Shown: piece after piece, positions 28,153-38,523 of the stretch
How positions within the stretch are numbered: position 1 is the first letter of the stretch
Layout: each line of letters opens with the position of its first letter
Virus record (IMG/VR): IMGVR_UViG_3300035663_000001
Coordinates: 32,001-96,000 of that record
Reading direction: 5' to 3' (one strand)
Length of the DNA: 64,000 nt
From: a virus
The notes under the pieces: model-generated
What the model was told of the DNA's origin: nothing
What the model saw: only the letters and a program-made list of their open reading frames with translations
The model's database searches: none
Position numbers and translations under genes: made by a program

Positions 28153-28467
28153 ATGCAAGAAATTAAGATAGATGAATATGGCTCTAAATATTATTGGAAT
28201 GGTCTCTTACATCGAGAAGATGGTCCAGCGGTAGCAAGTACTCGTGGTCATAAAGAATGGTGGTTTCATGGCCAACGACATCGAAAAGATGGACCAGCCG
28301 TAGAATATGCTAATGGAACTAAATTTTGGTTTCTTCATGACAAATTACATCGAGAAGATGGTCCAGCAGCAGAATATGCTAATGGAGATAAAGAGTGGTT
28401 TCTTCAAGGTAAAGAATATTCAGAAGAAGAATATTGGCGAGTAGTCAAACTGAAAGCTTTGTGGTGA
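28153..28467 (+). CDS. HREDGPA-repeat protein, KLKALW class
   Basis: Three repeats. Confidence 0.9.
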   Translation: MQEIKIDEYGSKYYWNGLLHREDGPAVASTRGHKEWWFHGQRHRKDGPAVEYANGTKFWFLHDKLHREDGPAAEYANGDKEWFLQGKEYSEEEYWRVVKLKALW

Positions 28468-28470
28468 AAT

Positions 28471-28786
28471 ATGAAAAAAATTAAAAAAGATAAATTTGGC
28501 TCTAAATATTATTATTGGAATAATAAGTTACATCGAGAAGATGGTCCGGCAATAGAATGGGCTGATGGAGGTAAAGAGTGGTATCTTCATGGTAAATTAC
28601 ATCGAGAAGATGGGCCGGCATTAGAATGGGCTGATGGAAGTAAAGGATGGTTTATCGATGATAAACTTCATCGAGAAGATGGGCCAGCAGTAGAAAAAGC
28701 TAATGGAACTAAAAAAATGGTTCCTTCAAGGTAAAGAGTATTCCGAAGAAGAGTATTGGAAATTAGTTAAGCCAAAAACTTTATGA
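28471..28786 (+). pseudogene. KLKALW-class gene frameshifted in an A7 run (28711-28717)
   Basis: Removing one A restores WFLQGKEYSEEEYWKLVKPKTL*. Confidence 0.75.
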
Positions 28787-29385
28787 TAAAAAAACGAATC
28801 AACCAGAATAATGCACAAATTTTATTAAATAAAAATGACATTATGAAGGTCCTTTTTTCCAAAGATAAGCCTCTAACTAAAAATATAGTTATAGACCTTG
28901 AAAAGGAAGAGCTAACTATTCCTCTAGGTAAAGGATCGAAATTAAAATTTGGTCCTGAAGGACTCATAACATTTATGTTAAATGGCAAATTTCATCGAGA
29001 AGATGGTCCTGCACTCATCAGCTACCGGACTCAAGAATGGTATCTTCATGGTCAACACCATCGACTAGATGGTCCAGCCGTAGAAGCCTATGAAGATAAA
29101 GAGTGGTGGATTAATGGAAAGCGCCATCGAGAAGATGGCCCAGCCAAAGAATGCGAAAATGGAGATCAAGAATGGTATCTTGATGGTAAGCTTCATCGAA
29201 CAGATGGTCCCGCTATCATAGATACTGATGGAGATAAATCATGGTATATTCACGGCTCTCTTCATCGAGAAGATGGCCCAGCCATGGAATTGTCTAATGG
29301 AACTAAAAAATGGTTTTTAAATGGTAAAAGAATAAATTCTGAAAAAGAATACTTGAAATTACTTAAGTTAAAAACTTTGTGGTGA
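28783..29385 (+). CDS. HREDGPA-repeat protein with N-terminal extension
   Basis: Five repeats; ends KLKTLW. Confidence 0.85.
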   Translation: MIKKRINQNNAQILLNKNDIMKVLFSKDKPLTKNIVIDLEKEELTIPLGKGSKLKFGPEGLITFMLNGKFHREDGPALISYRTQEWYLHGQHHRLDGPAVEAYEDKEWWINGKRHREDGPAKECENGDQEWYLDGKLHRTDGPAIIDTDGDKSWYIHGSLHREDGPAMELSNGTKKWFLNGKRINSEKEYLKLLKLKTLW

Positions 29386-29562
29386 TGGAGAAATTATGCA
29401 GGATATTGCAGTAGAAATTTTAAATATTTGGATGAAGGAAGCTTTCGCGGCAGGCGATTATGATCGCTTTTGTCGGATGGAAATGTTACGGCAAATTATT
29501 TCTACCAAGAACAACTAACATATTTTTAGTGTCACGGTAATTACCGTGAGACTGTAACGCGT

Positions 29563-29594
29563 CCCAGCGACTAAATTTTTTTACTGGTCCCTAG
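29563..29594. promoter_or_regulatory. Repeated motif copy 3
   Basis: CCCAGCGACTAAATTTTTTTACTGGTCCCTAG, 4 nt before ATG 29599. Confidence 0.7.
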
Positions 29595-29598
29595 TAAC

Positions 29599-29796
29599 AT
29601 GAAAAAGCTATCTTACGAAGAAGTGAGTCTAGGATTAGATCGGTTAATGTTTACTGATGTTAACTCAACTAATACAGTTGATAGAGCTGAATTAATTGAA
29701 GCATATCTTTCTTGTTGCGGATGGAACTGGGATGAAATATTGGAAAAAATATGCCTTGATTCGACGGTCAAACTTCGACCCACAATTTATCACTAA
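29599..29796 (+). CDS. Small CGW-motif protein
   Basis: Paralogs at 30473 and 50483. Confidence 0.65.
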   Translation: MKKLSYEEVSLGLDRLMFTDVNSTNTVDRAELIEAYLSCCGWNWDEILEKICLDSTVKLRPTIYH

Positions 29797-30142
29797 CCAA
29801 ATTTTTTACGATATTGACCCGACCATTATTAATTTTGGTCGGTGTTTTTTATGGGCCTATTCGGCCCATTTGTTATTTCGACACACCACGCTCTGTAGCG
29901 TTGAAAGTCATGCCTTTATCCGATATAAAGGAAAATATTATGACTCCGATCATCCTCAAGGAGTAAAGTCCTGGCACTTGTTGCCAGCTACTTCTTTTAG
30001 TAAGTGTCTAGAATATTCTAGCTATCCAGTCGATCTCTTCAAAAGAGAATGGGCTAGACAATTAGTAGCGCTAAATACTTCTTGGGAAGAAATTGAAAAA
30101 CGTGCTCAGCGAGCGTTAATAAAATTATATGAAAAATCCTAA
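29696..30142 (+). CDS. Hypothetical protein (start uncertain)
   Basis: INxGxC...HAFI...KYYD suggests a papain-like or transglutaminase-like Cys/His/Asp set. Confidence 0.55.
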   Translation: MKHIFLVADGTGMKYWKKYALIRRSNFDPQFITNQIFYDIDPTIINFGRCFLWAYSAHLLFRHTTLCSVESHAFIRYKGKYYDSDHPQGVKSWHLLPATSFSKCLEYSSYPVDLFKREWARQLVALNTSWEEIEKRAQRALIKLYEKS

Positions 30143-30473
30143 AAAATTATTAACTCTAGCAGCGAAGGCGGCTAGGATTTATAAAAACAAAAGGAGCTTT
30201 TGTTTGGGTGCCATTGCACTTCGCAGTGATGATGTGATGGTGTATGCCTATAATGGGCACCCTAGTGGTCCGGTTCCTAGTTCTCATTGTGAGGCTCGGT
30301 TAGTGAGAAAGTTAGATCAGGGAGCTATTGTTTATTTGGCCCGTGTGACTAAAAATGGTCAATGGGCCAACAGTCAGCCGTGTGCTGATTGTATGAGAGC
30401 TATGCGTCGAGCCAAAGTCAAGAAAGTTTATTATACTTGCGGTCCCAATCAATGGGACAGTTTGGAGCCATAG
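30129..30473 (+). CDS. Zn-dependent cytidine/dCMP deaminase-fold protein
   Basis: HCE...SQPCADC...KKVYYT. Confidence 0.8.
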   Translation: MKNPKKLLTLAAKAARIYKNKRSFCLGAIALRSDDVMVYAYNGHPSGPVPSSHCEARLVRKLDQGAIVYLARVTKNGQWANSQPCADCMRAMRRAKVKKVYYTCGPNQWDSLEP

Positions 30474-30664
30474 TGAAATTACCGTATCAATACGTATCAG
30501 ATCAGGTAGATAAATTGTATGAAAAGGAATTTCCTCTTTCTGATTTAGAAGGAATTAGTCAACATTGTGATTTTATTCGAGCATTTATTAATGCTTGTGG
30601 TTGGGATGAGGTAGATTTCATCCGAGTCATGATGGGATTTGAGACAGAATCTTCTGTCAATTAG
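30473..30664 (+). CDS. Small CGW-motif protein
   Basis: GTG start overlapping the previous stop; FINACGW. Confidence 0.6.
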   Translation: MKLPYQYVSDQVDKLYEKEFPLSDLEGISQHCDFIRAFINACGWDEVDFIRVMMGFETESSVN

Positions 30665-30746
30665 AATTTATTCTACTACACTTACGCAGTAGAATACTTA
30701 ACAATAACAACTGAATCGCCCTAGGCGAGTGCAAAGGAACAGTATT

Positions 30747-31022
30747 ATGAGTGAAGATAATAATCGTGGTAATCGTGGAGAAGTTGGTCATGGAAGTCCG
30801 GGCTCTCGATTGAAGGCTCTTTGGCATGCTAAGAAGTGTCCTGGTACACTCAAGCAATTCGTTCGTTCTCTCAAGGATAATCCTGATGTTGCACTCTGGA
30901 AAGCCAATAAGAGTGGCAAGAATAACACGCCTCGTTCGGCAGATACTATTCGACGAGCCAAGGAAGTAGGCCAGGCTACTAAGCAAGCTCGACGTAAGAA
31001 GTCTGATAAGGGTGGAAAATGA
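30747..31022 (+). CDS. Basic hypothetical protein
   Basis: AAGGA upstream. Confidence 0.65.
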   Translation: MSEDNNRGNRGEVGHGSPGSRLKALWHAKKCPGTLKQFVRSLKDNPDVALWKANKSGKNNTPRSADTIRRAKEVGQATKQARRKKSDKGGK

Positions 31023-31318
31023 TTGATGCTTTTATGCTAGTAATGTTACCAGTGGTACTCACTTTAGTGGTATTTTTGGTAGCCGCTTATTATAAGACTA
31101 AGAAACCTCTTCCTCCTTGTGAGGAAGTCAAATCCGAAGTTATTGCTTCTGGATATGATGAAGATGATCCTTCTGAAGGTTCTTCTAAAAATTCTTAGTC
31201 TTTGCTATGTCAGTTTGAAATATCAAGAGTAGCAAGCAGAATAAATAGGGACTTGAACAATTGTGTGACTGATACTTATTTATTCGTTAACTTTTTTACG
31301 ATAAAGGAAATAATTTAC

Positions 31319-31615
31319 ATGAAGTTTTTTAAGAGGTTTCAGGCAGGTGATAAGGTAACTTATATTGGGCATAAGTTTGCTCAGAAGTTATCTGGAAGTT
31401 TGGGGGTAGTTGATTCCCATGTTCAGGGAACAGAGGGCGGGATTGTGGTCACTTTTGGTAGTGAATCATATATTCTAGATGAGAATGTTCATCTTACCCG
31501 TTTCCAGGGCAAGATGCGAGAAGCTCTTCCAGAAGTAGAGGTAGAGCAGCCTAAGGATGTAGAAGTAACTAAACGTAGGGGCGGCAAGCGGCGGTCTCAG
31601 GAAGAAATGGAGTGA
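31319..31615 (+). CDS. Hypothetical protein (KOW/SH3-like FQAGDKV start)
   Basis: AAGGA upstream of ATG 31319. Confidence 0.65.
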   Translation: MKFFKRFQAGDKVTYIGHKFAQKLSGSLGVVDSHVQGTEGGIVVTFGSESYILDENVHLTRFQGKMREALPEVEVEQPKDVEVTKRRGGKRRSQEEME

Positions 31616-31618
31616 TAT

Positions 31619-31852
31619 ATGTTTCGATGTGAAATTACTAATAAACTGAGTAAGCCTCGTGAAAAGGTGACTAAGGTCGTCGTTAAGACTCGTTCAGTTA
31701 AATATCGTCATTGGAATCGAGAGGCTGAAGAAGTTTGGTTTACTCAAGGAACTGAAATTGTGAGGGAGCTCAACGCCACTGAAGAAGGCGTAGCTTTCTG
31801 GAATCGATTAACAGATGAGGAGCGTCAAGAGTTTGTTAAGGGATTAAGTTAA
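31619..31852 (+). CDS. Hypothetical protein
   Basis: GGAG upstream. Confidence 0.65.
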   Translation: MFRCEITNKLSKPREKVTKVVVKTRSVKYRHWNREAEEVWFTQGTEIVRELNATEEGVAFWNRLTDEERQEFVKGLS

Positions 31853-32111
31853 TTTCAATCGGAAAGATATCAACAGGATGTCATCGTTATTGGCGTAGGC
31901 TGGGGCTAATAACATAAAGGATTTGCATGTTAGAACAAGAATTGATGCTTCTAATTAGTAAATTAGATGAAGCTCGGTCAGAAATTAAAAAAGAATTAAA
32001 TTCTTTAAGAAATGAATTTCTTTCTTTAGAAACTAAATTAATTGATGTAACTCTTAAAAAAGAAAGACTCCAAGAAAAGTTAAGGAGACTTAGGGACCGT
32101 TAGGGCAAATT

Positions 32112-32330
32112 ATGGATCAAGCCACCGATTTAGAATTAGAATTTACTAAGTTAGTCGAAGAGATGCGAGCTAAAGTAAATGACTTGCAAAAATCTTCTCA
32201 GCTTTCATCTAAAGATGCAAGTATCTTGCAGAATATGATTTCTGAGAGAATTTATTTTCCATCATCTTCTTCAGATGAAGAGTGGTATTCTTCTTCAGAA
32301 GCCTGGACACCTTCTGGTTGTAGTTATTAA
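32112..32330 (+). CDS. Hypothetical protein
   Basis: ORF. Confidence 0.55.
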   Translation: MDQATDLELEFTKLVEEMRAKVNDLQKSSQLSSKDASILQNMISERIYFPSSSSDEEWYSSSEAWTPSGCSY

Positions 32331-32331
32331 T

Positions 32332-32697
32332 ATGGATAAAAATAAAATTTCAATCGGATTGAAAGTTTATTTATCTGATGCTACTGATACCATTTACACA
32401 ATAATGGATCTTCCTAATTTAAAAGATATGGTTCTGTGTCAGGATGCGGCTGGAAAATTTTTAGACCTACCATTATCTAAATTATCATCGTACGATGATT
32501 GGCATCGTCAACAGCTCCATCAAGAAATAGAAGATAAAATCAAGTGCCTTGACACTTCTTTAAGTGAAGTCACACAATATCTTAATTCTTTAATGGATTT
32601 GTTGGAAACAAATAAAATTTCTATTCAGTATTTTAATAATAAAAATATAGAACAACACTATAATTTACTATGCGACAAATTAAAGAAACTGATTTAA
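32332..32697 (+). CDS. Hypothetical protein
   Basis: ATG 1 nt after previous stop. Confidence 0.6.
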   Translation: MDKNKISIGLKVYLSDATDTIYTIMDLPNLKDMVLCQDAAGKFLDLPLSKLSSYDDWHRQQLHQEIEDKIKCLDTSLSEVTQYLNSLMDLLETNKISIQYFNNKNIEQHYNLLCDKLKKLI

Positions 32698-32850
32698 TCG
32701 GGAAAACAATTAAACATATTAGTCAACCTTCGGTTAATGTAGTAACTCTTACTTTTGAAGATGATAGTGCAGTTGACTTGGTGGCTGATTGGGCCATTGA
32801 AACTCCTATGGGTTTAGTAGCTGGTATTTTTCTTGAAGAAAAAAGTTAAT

Positions 32851-33759
32851 ATGATTCTGATTGGTAGTCGAGCTTTAGCTTTACGGGCGCCTTATCTACT
32901 GACTAAAAAACCAGTAGATTTTGATTTTGTTTGTTCAGAAGAAGAATTTACTCAATGGTTAAATAATAATGAAAAGAAAGTTGCTCCCAATAAAATTTAT
33001 TCTATCCACAATAAACAAATTGTAGAAGGTTTAGTTAATTGTGAATTTGAAATTGTGGGTCAACAACCCTCTACTCAAATGTTAGTAGATTTAGTCAATA
33101 ATGATCCTGAGACGATGGAGACTTCATTTGGTAAAGTTCTTTCTTTAGATTTGTTGTTTACCCTTAAGTGTTCTCATAGATATCTAAAGAATAGTCCATA
33201 TTTTTGGAAAACCTTATTAGATTATCATCGAATGAAATTCGCTGGAGCTAAGGTCAAGGAAGCTTTCCAAGATTTTCTTAAAGTTCGAGAGCGAGAAACA
33301 TACAATTATTCTCATCCTAAATTGAATGTATCTAAGGATAACTTCTTTAAGGATGATCATATTGACTATAAATTTGATCATGATACTTTGCATCAGGCAG
33401 TGGCTTTATATGGTCAGCCGGCTTATCTATCTTATATGAAGGATGGAGAAGAGGTTAAGTCTGATAAAAAGAAATTTTTCCAATGTTCGAGAGAGATTCA
33501 ATTAGCTGGAGTAATTGAGGAGGCTTGTGTTTTAGCCGCAGAACGATCTTTGATTCCGCATCCTGGAGTTTGGTCGCCAGAATATGCTTGGAGGTTTGCG
33601 TTAAGTAAAGTATGTACTTCTATTACCAGCGGTTGGTTTCGTGAATTTGCTTATGAGAATGCCTTAGACATTTTGAAAATGTATCCGGTGTATTTTTGGG
33701 ATAAAATTCAACATGGAATTACTACTGGCTTAGTAAAGCCATTTATTACTAAAGGTTAA
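32851..33759 (+). CDS. Phage protein with nucleotidyltransferase-like N-terminus
   Basis: LIGSRAL...DFDF; TLKCSH, DHDxLH, EExxVLAxER and SGWFREFA. Confidence 0.7.
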   Translation: MILIGSRALALRAPYLLTKKPVDFDFVCSEEEFTQWLNNNEKKVAPNKIYSIHNKQIVEGLVNCEFEIVGQQPSTQMLVDLVNNDPETMETSFGKVLSLDLLFTLKCSHRYLKNSPYFWKTLLDYHRMKFAGAKVKEAFQDFLKVRERETYNYSHPKLNVSKDNFFKDDHIDYKFDHDTLHQAVALYGQPAYLSYMKDGEEVKSDKKKFFQCSREIQLAGVIEEACVLAAERSLIPHPGVWSPEYAWRFALSKVCTSITSGWFREFAYENALDILKMYPVYFWDKIQHGITTGLVKPFITKG

Positions 33760-33761
33760 AA

Positions 33762-34013
33762 ATGAATTTTAAGTGGTCTCGTTCTTTTTTAATGTGTTAT
33801 GCAGAATTAGAAAAATACTTAAGTAAGGATACAGAAGGTTTATCTTTATTAAAGAGATTCGGAAATCTTGCTGAAGATTCTAATATGTGGGGGTCTGCAA
33901 AGCTTACTATCTCTTTCTCTAAGATAGAGAAACATTTAGTCAATGATATTAACGCTAAGGATCTATTAAATAAGTTAACTTTAGCTTTTGATGAGATGTT
34001 CGATCATCTTTAG
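33762..34013 (+). CDS. Hypothetical protein
   Basis: AAGGT upstream. Confidence 0.6.
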   Translation: MNFKWSRSFLMCYAELEKYLSKDTEGLSLLKRFGNLAEDSNMWGSAKLTISFSKIEKHLVNDINAKDLLNKLTLAFDEMFDHL

Positions 34014-34028
34014 GATGAAGAGTAGCAA

Positions 34029-34448
34029 ATGTCAATTAAAATTATACAAGACCCTATCGGATATATTAAATATACTAAGAATAATGAATTACACCGAGAA
34101 GATGGACCGGCAGTAGAATGGCCTTCAATAGAAGGTGATAATGGGCATCAAGCTTGGTATCTTAATGGTAAGAGACATCGAGAAAATGGTCCCGCAGTAT
34201 TTCATGTAAATGGAGATATTGAGTGGTATTACCATGGGGCTTTACATCGAGAGAATGGCCCGGCCATAGAGAGTACTATTGATGGAACAATTAAGATTTA
34301 CGAATGGTATCTCCATGATATGCGGCATCGAGAAAATGGTCCGGCTGTAGAATGTTCGGATGGATATAAAGAGTTTTGGTTGAATAATGTTCTTATTCCT
34401 TCAGAAGAAGAATATTGGAGATTAATTAAGTTAAAAAACTTTTGGTAA
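34029..34448 (+). CDS. HREDGPA-repeat protein, KLKALW class
   Basis: Ends KLKNFW. Confidence 0.9.
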   Translation: MSIKIIQDPIGYIKYTKNNELHREDGPAVEWPSIEGDNGHQAWYLNGKRHRENGPAVFHVNGDIEWYYHGALHRENGPAIESTIDGTIKIYEWYLHDMRHRENGPAVECSDGYKEFWLNNVLIPSEEEYWRLIKLKNFW

Positions 34449-34455
34449 AATTAAA

Positions 34456-34944
34456 ATGACCACCACAAAAAATAAACCAATCTATAAAAGAAAAAAAAGT
34501 AAAGACGGAGTTATAAAACATTATAGAAATAACAAATTACATCGAGTAAAAGGGCCAGCAGTAGAATATCCTAATGGAAATAAAGAATGGTATCTTTATG
34601 GTAAATTACATCGAGAAAATGGTCCTGCAGTAGAATTTGCTTGCGGATCTAAATATTGGTATTGTTATGGTAAAAGACATCGAGAAGATGGTCCAGCTGT
34701 TGAGGCTGCTAATGGAAATAAGTTTTGGTGGTTTCATGGTCAAAAACATCGAGAAGATGGTCCAGCAGCAGAATTTATTTCTGGAACTAAAGAATGGTGG
34801 CTTCATGGCAAATGCCATCGAGAAGATGGTCCGGCTGTGCATCCAGTTAAAGGTGCCAAACAATGGTATTATCATGGGAAATTTATTCCCGTTAAATCTA
34901 CTAAGCAATTTAAAAGATGGTTAAAATTGCAAGCTTTATGGTAA
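34456..34944 (+). CDS. HREDGPA-repeat protein, KLKALW class
   Basis: Ends KLQALW. Confidence 0.9.
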   Translation: MTTTKNKPIYKRKKSKDGVIKHYRNNKLHRVKGPAVEYPNGNKEWYLYGKLHRENGPAVEFACGSKYWYCYGKRHREDGPAVEAANGNKFWWFHGQKHREDGPAAEFISGTKEWWLHGKCHREDGPAVHPVKGAKQWYYHGKFIPVKSTKQFKRWLKLQALW

Positions 34945-34947
34945 ATT

Positions 34948-35334
34948 ATGCGAGAAATTAAGATAAGTGAATTTGGCACTATAAGATATTATTGGAATGG
35001 TAAGTTGCATCGAGAAGATGGTCCGGCAGTAGAATGGGATGACGGCTCTAAAGAATGGTGGATTCAAGATATCTTACATCGAGAAGATGGTCCAGCAGCA
35101 GAATATATTGAAGGTACCAAATATTGGTACCATCATGGTCAACTCCATCGAGTTGATGGTCCGGCCATAGAATTTGCTGATGGAACCAAATATTGGTATT
35201 GTTATCAACAATTACATCGAGCGGATGGTCCAGCCATAGAGTATTGTACTGGAAATAAAGAATATTGGATTTATAGTAAAAAATATACAGAAAAAGAATA
35301 TTGGCGTTTAGTTAAGCTAAAAGCTTTATGGTAA
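34948..35334 (+). CDS. HREDGPA-repeat protein, KLKALW class
   Basis: Four repeats. Confidence 0.9.
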   Translation: MREIKISEFGTIRYYWNGKLHREDGPAVEWDDGSKEWWIQDILHREDGPAAEYIEGTKYWYHHGQLHRVDGPAIEFADGTKYWYCYQQLHRADGPAIEYCTGNKEYWIYSKKYTEKEYWRLVKLKALW

Positions 35335-35774
35335 AATATAAAAATAATAAATTGGGCGATATTTATTTACGTCTCGACCGACACATTGAAATAATTAAAG
35401 ATCCTATTTTTGGTAAATTTTGTTACTATTATGATAATCTAATTCATCGAGAAGATGGTCCCGCTATCCTATATTTGAATGGTGATAAAGCTTGGTTTCG
35501 CTATGGAGAGATTCATCGAGAAGATGGGCCGGCCATAGAATATGCTAGTGGAGAAAAACAATGGTGGTTTCAAGGACAATTGCATAGATCAAATGGTCCA
35601 GCTCTTATTGATAAGAAACGCAATTATACCGCCTGGTATTATTTTGGTCTTCGCCATCGAGAAGATGGGCCAGCTGTTCAACATCATAATGGAGATAAAG
35701 AATTTTGGATTCAAAATAAAAAATATTCCGAAGCAGAATATTGGCGGATGGTTAAATTAAAATCTTTATGGTAA
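35328..35774 (+). CDS. HREDGPA-repeat protein, KLKALW class
   Basis: Starts at the ATG inside the upstream TTATGGTAA. Confidence 0.85.
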   Translation: MVKYKNNKLGDIYLRLDRHIEIIKDPIFGKFCYYYDNLIHREDGPAILYLNGDKAWFRYGEIHREDGPAIEYASGEKQWWFQGQLHRSNGPALIDKKRNYTAWYYFGLRHREDGPAVQHHNGDKEFWIQNKKYSEAEYWRMVKLKSLW

Positions 35775-35777
35775 AAT

Positions 35778-36095
35778 ATGCAAGAAATTAAAGAAGACGA
35801 ATTTGGAAATAAATTTTATTATTGGAATGGTAAATTGCATCGAGACGATGGTCCAGCCATAGAATGGGCTGATGGAAGTAAAAAATGGTATCTTCATGGC
35901 CAACTACATCGAGAAGCTGGACCAGCTATAGAAGATCCTAATGGAGATAAATGGTGGTATCTTTATGGTAAATGTCATCGAGAAGATGGTCCAGCAGTAG
36001 AAAAAGCTAATGGATCTAAAAGATGGTACCTTCAAGGTATAGGATATATAGAAGAAGAATATTGGCGTTTAGTTAAATTAAAAGCTTTATGGTAA
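35778..36095 (+). CDS. HREDGPA-repeat protein, KLKALW class
   Basis: Three repeats. Confidence 0.9.
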   Translation: MQEIKEDEFGNKFYYWNGKLHRDDGPAIEWADGSKKWYLHGQLHREAGPAIEDPNGDKWWYLYGKCHREDGPAVEKANGSKRWYLQGIGYIEEEYWRLVKLKALW

Positions 36096-36099
36096 AGAT

Positions 36100-36489
36100 A
36101 TGCAAGAAATTAAAATAGATAAAGAAGGAACTAAAAGCTACCATTATAATAGTCAATTACATCGAGAAGATGGTCCAGCGGTAGAATATAGTGATGGATC
36201 TAAAGAATGGTGGCGTCATGATCAACGCCATCGAGAAGATGGTCCAGCCGTAGTATGGATTGGTAGTAGTAAAAAATGGTATTATAATAATAAATTACAT
36301 CGAGAAGACGGCCCAGCTGTAGAATGGTCTGATAGCAGTAAAGAATGGTGGCGTCATGGTCAACGCCATCGAGAAGATGGTCCAGCTATAGAGTATTTCT
36401 ATGGAGAGAAAAACTGGTTTCTTCAAAATGAAGAAATAGAATCAGAAGAAGAATATCGGCGTTTAGTTAAGTTGAAAGCTTTATGGTAA
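36100..36489 (+). CDS. HREDGPA-repeat protein, KLKALW class
   Basis: Four repeats. Confidence 0.9.
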   Translation: MQEIKIDKEGTKSYHYNSQLHREDGPAVEYSDGSKEWWRHDQRHREDGPAVVWIGSSKKWYYNNKLHREDGPAVEWSDSSKEWWRHGQRHREDGPAIEYFYGEKNWFLQNEEIESEEEYRRLVKLKALW

Positions 36490-36501
36490 TAAAAGGATGT
36501 T

Positions 36502-36705
36502 ATGTTAACTTTAAAACAAGCAAAGAATAAATTAAAAAATCATTTAGTTCCATTACTAGGAGATAACCTAAAAGGTGTAGGAATTTCTAGCGTGACAACT
36601 ATTGCTGTCAGAGTAGCTACAGAAAAAGATAAAAAAATAGTTCCAACCTCCTGGGAAGGTTTTAATGTAGAATGTTTAGTGGTTGGAGATTTATTTAAAT
36701 TTTAA
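36502..36705 (+). CDS. Hypothetical protein
   Basis: SD AAGGA. Confidence 0.6.
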   Translation: MLTLKQAKNKLKNHLVPLLGDNLKGVGISSVTTIAVRVATEKDKKIVPTSWEGFNVECLVVGDLFKF

Positions 36706-36709
36706 ATAT

Positions 36710-37042
36710 ATGGATTTTGAGCAATATATCGTTGACATTAAAAAATTAACCAAGGCTATTTCTAAAAAAGAATCGGAAGTTTTTATAACCTATAAAGGTT
36801 ACGAATTGGGAATATCCAAGCCCTGGCATATTAAATGCGACACAAAAGAATTTTATTCAGAGTCGCATTTGAATGCGGCTCAATCTTTATATAATATTCT
36901 AATAGAAGAATTAAAAAGAAAAATATCTGCCACTGAAGACCAAGTTTTTTCTTATAAAGAATCATTAACTGAAATAGTTAATCACCCTGGATTGGAATTA
37001 AAACGTGAAATATCTAGACGCCAAGAGACTTCACTCTCATGA
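36710..37042 (+). CDS. Hypothetical protein
   Basis: ORF. Confidence 0.6.
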   Translation: MDFEQYIVDIKKLTKAISKKESEVFITYKGYELGISKPWHIKCDTKEFYSESHLNAAQSLYNILIEELKRKISATEDQVFSYKESLTEIVNHPGLELKREISRRQETSLS

Positions 37043-37241
37043 TTCAGTTCTTAGTAAGAAAGATAATCAACTATTAACTGTATTAAGTATTGAAATAAAT
37101 ACTGAATATAAAACCGTAAAGATAAATTGTATAGACGCTAATAATTATTTAGTAACTTTATATCATAACGAAATTAAATAATAAATATTTAAAATTACTT
37201 AGTAAGTGCAACGTGGGTAAATTTTGCGATACAGGTGAATT

Positions 37242-38324
37242 ATGTCAGATTGGAATTGTCAAGTTTGTCGAATAGAAAAGTTAGAAAAACATCCTAATGC
37301 AGATAGTCTCTCTATTGCCACCGTAATGTCCGACTATCCAGTCGTGGTAAAAACAGAAGACTACCATCTCAACCAATTAGTAGGTTATATTGCTATCGAT
37401 ACTATTGTTCCAGATACAGAACAATTCTATTTTCTATCTCCTAAAAATATAGAGAAATATGAAGAAAATGGAGAAATTAAAACTCGACCCAATGGGATGA
37501 AATATCCTCTTGGCTCTGTTCCAGAAAAGAATCGAGTAATTAAAGCTAAGAAAATTAGAAATGTTTATTCTCAGGGAATGTTAGTTCCAGCCCCACCTCA
37601 CCTACAAGAAGGAGATTCTCTAGTAGAAGTCCTTAACCTAAAAAAGGTAGTAGAAGAGGAAGAAGAGAATATTACTAAATTTAAAAATAGTAATGCTGAG
37701 AAACCTCCAACTAACTGGGCCATTCCTTATTATGATATTGAAGGAATTCGGAAGTATATTAATTGTTTTCGTCCTCAAGAAGAGATTACCATTACAGAAA
37801 AATTACATGGAAGTAATGCAGCTTTTTGCTATGATGGTCAGCGTTTATGGGTTAAATCTAGAAATTTTTATAAAAAATTAGACCCGGATGATATGTGGTG
37901 GGATCTTGCTCTCAGGTATAATTTAGAAGAAAAACTATCTAAGTTTCCCAAACTAGTCTTCTTTGGAGAGGCTATTGGACAAGTCAAAGGATTTAGATAT
38001 GATTCTAGTATTAAAGATGGTAAATTACATACTACAGTTCATTTCTTTGATGTTTATGATGCTCATAATAATAGGTATTTAGATTATCAAGAAAGAGTTG
38101 ATAAAATCAATCAACTGGAATTGTCTCCGGCTCCAGAATTATATCGTGGCCCCTGGTTAGGAAAAGAGCACGCCTATCAATTTGCCGAAGGAATGTCTAC
38201 TCTTAACTCTAAACATGTTAGAGAAGGCGCCGTAATAGTTCCTCTTCATGAGAGATTTGAGCCACGACTTAATGGCAGATTACAATTAAAAATAATTGGT
38301 CAAGGATACAATTTGTTAAAGTGA
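37242..38324 (+). CDS. ATP-dependent RNA ligase, DRB0094/Rnl5-like
   Basis: N-terminal HPNADxL...SQG OB-like module; TEKLHGSN (motif I), FGE, FFD, REG and C-terminal K. Confidence 0.88.
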   Translation: MSDWNCQVCRIEKLEKHPNADSLSIATVMSDYPVVVKTEDYHLNQLVGYIAIDTIVPDTEQFYFLSPKNIEKYEENGEIKTRPNGMKYPLGSVPEKNRVIKAKKIRNVYSQGMLVPAPPHLQEGDSLVEVLNLKKVVEEEEENITKFKNSNAEKPPTNWAIPYYDIEGIRKYINCFRPQEEITITEKLHGSNAAFCYDGQRLWVKSRNFYKKLDPDDMWWDLALRYNLEEKLSKFPKLVFFGEAIGQVKGFRYDSSIKDGKLHTTVHFFDVYDAHNNRYLDYQERVDKINQLELSPAPELYRGPWLGKEHAYQFAEGMSTLNSKHVREGAVIVPLHERFEPRLNGRLQLKIIGQGYNLLK

Positions 38325-38334
38325 AAGGAAAAAA

Positions 38335-38523
38335 ATGAAAAGCGAAGATTATTTAGGATTAACAAAAAAGGCGGCACAAAATAAAGCAGAGCAACAAAAT
38401 CTAATTTTCAGATTGATTAGAATCAATGATAAATCATATTTTGATTATCCTGAAGATACTAGATCTGATCGGGTTTGTGTTGAAATTGATCATGATAAAG
38501 TAGTAAAGGTCACTTTTCAATGA
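38335..38523 (+). CDS. Small protein, peptidase-inhibitor-like fold possible
   Basis: YLGL...DxRxDRVxVxxD pattern; SD AAGGA. Confidence 0.55.
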   Translation: MKSEDYLGLTKKAAQNKAEQQNLIFRLIRINDKSYFDYPEDTRSDRVCVEIDHDKVVKVTFQ

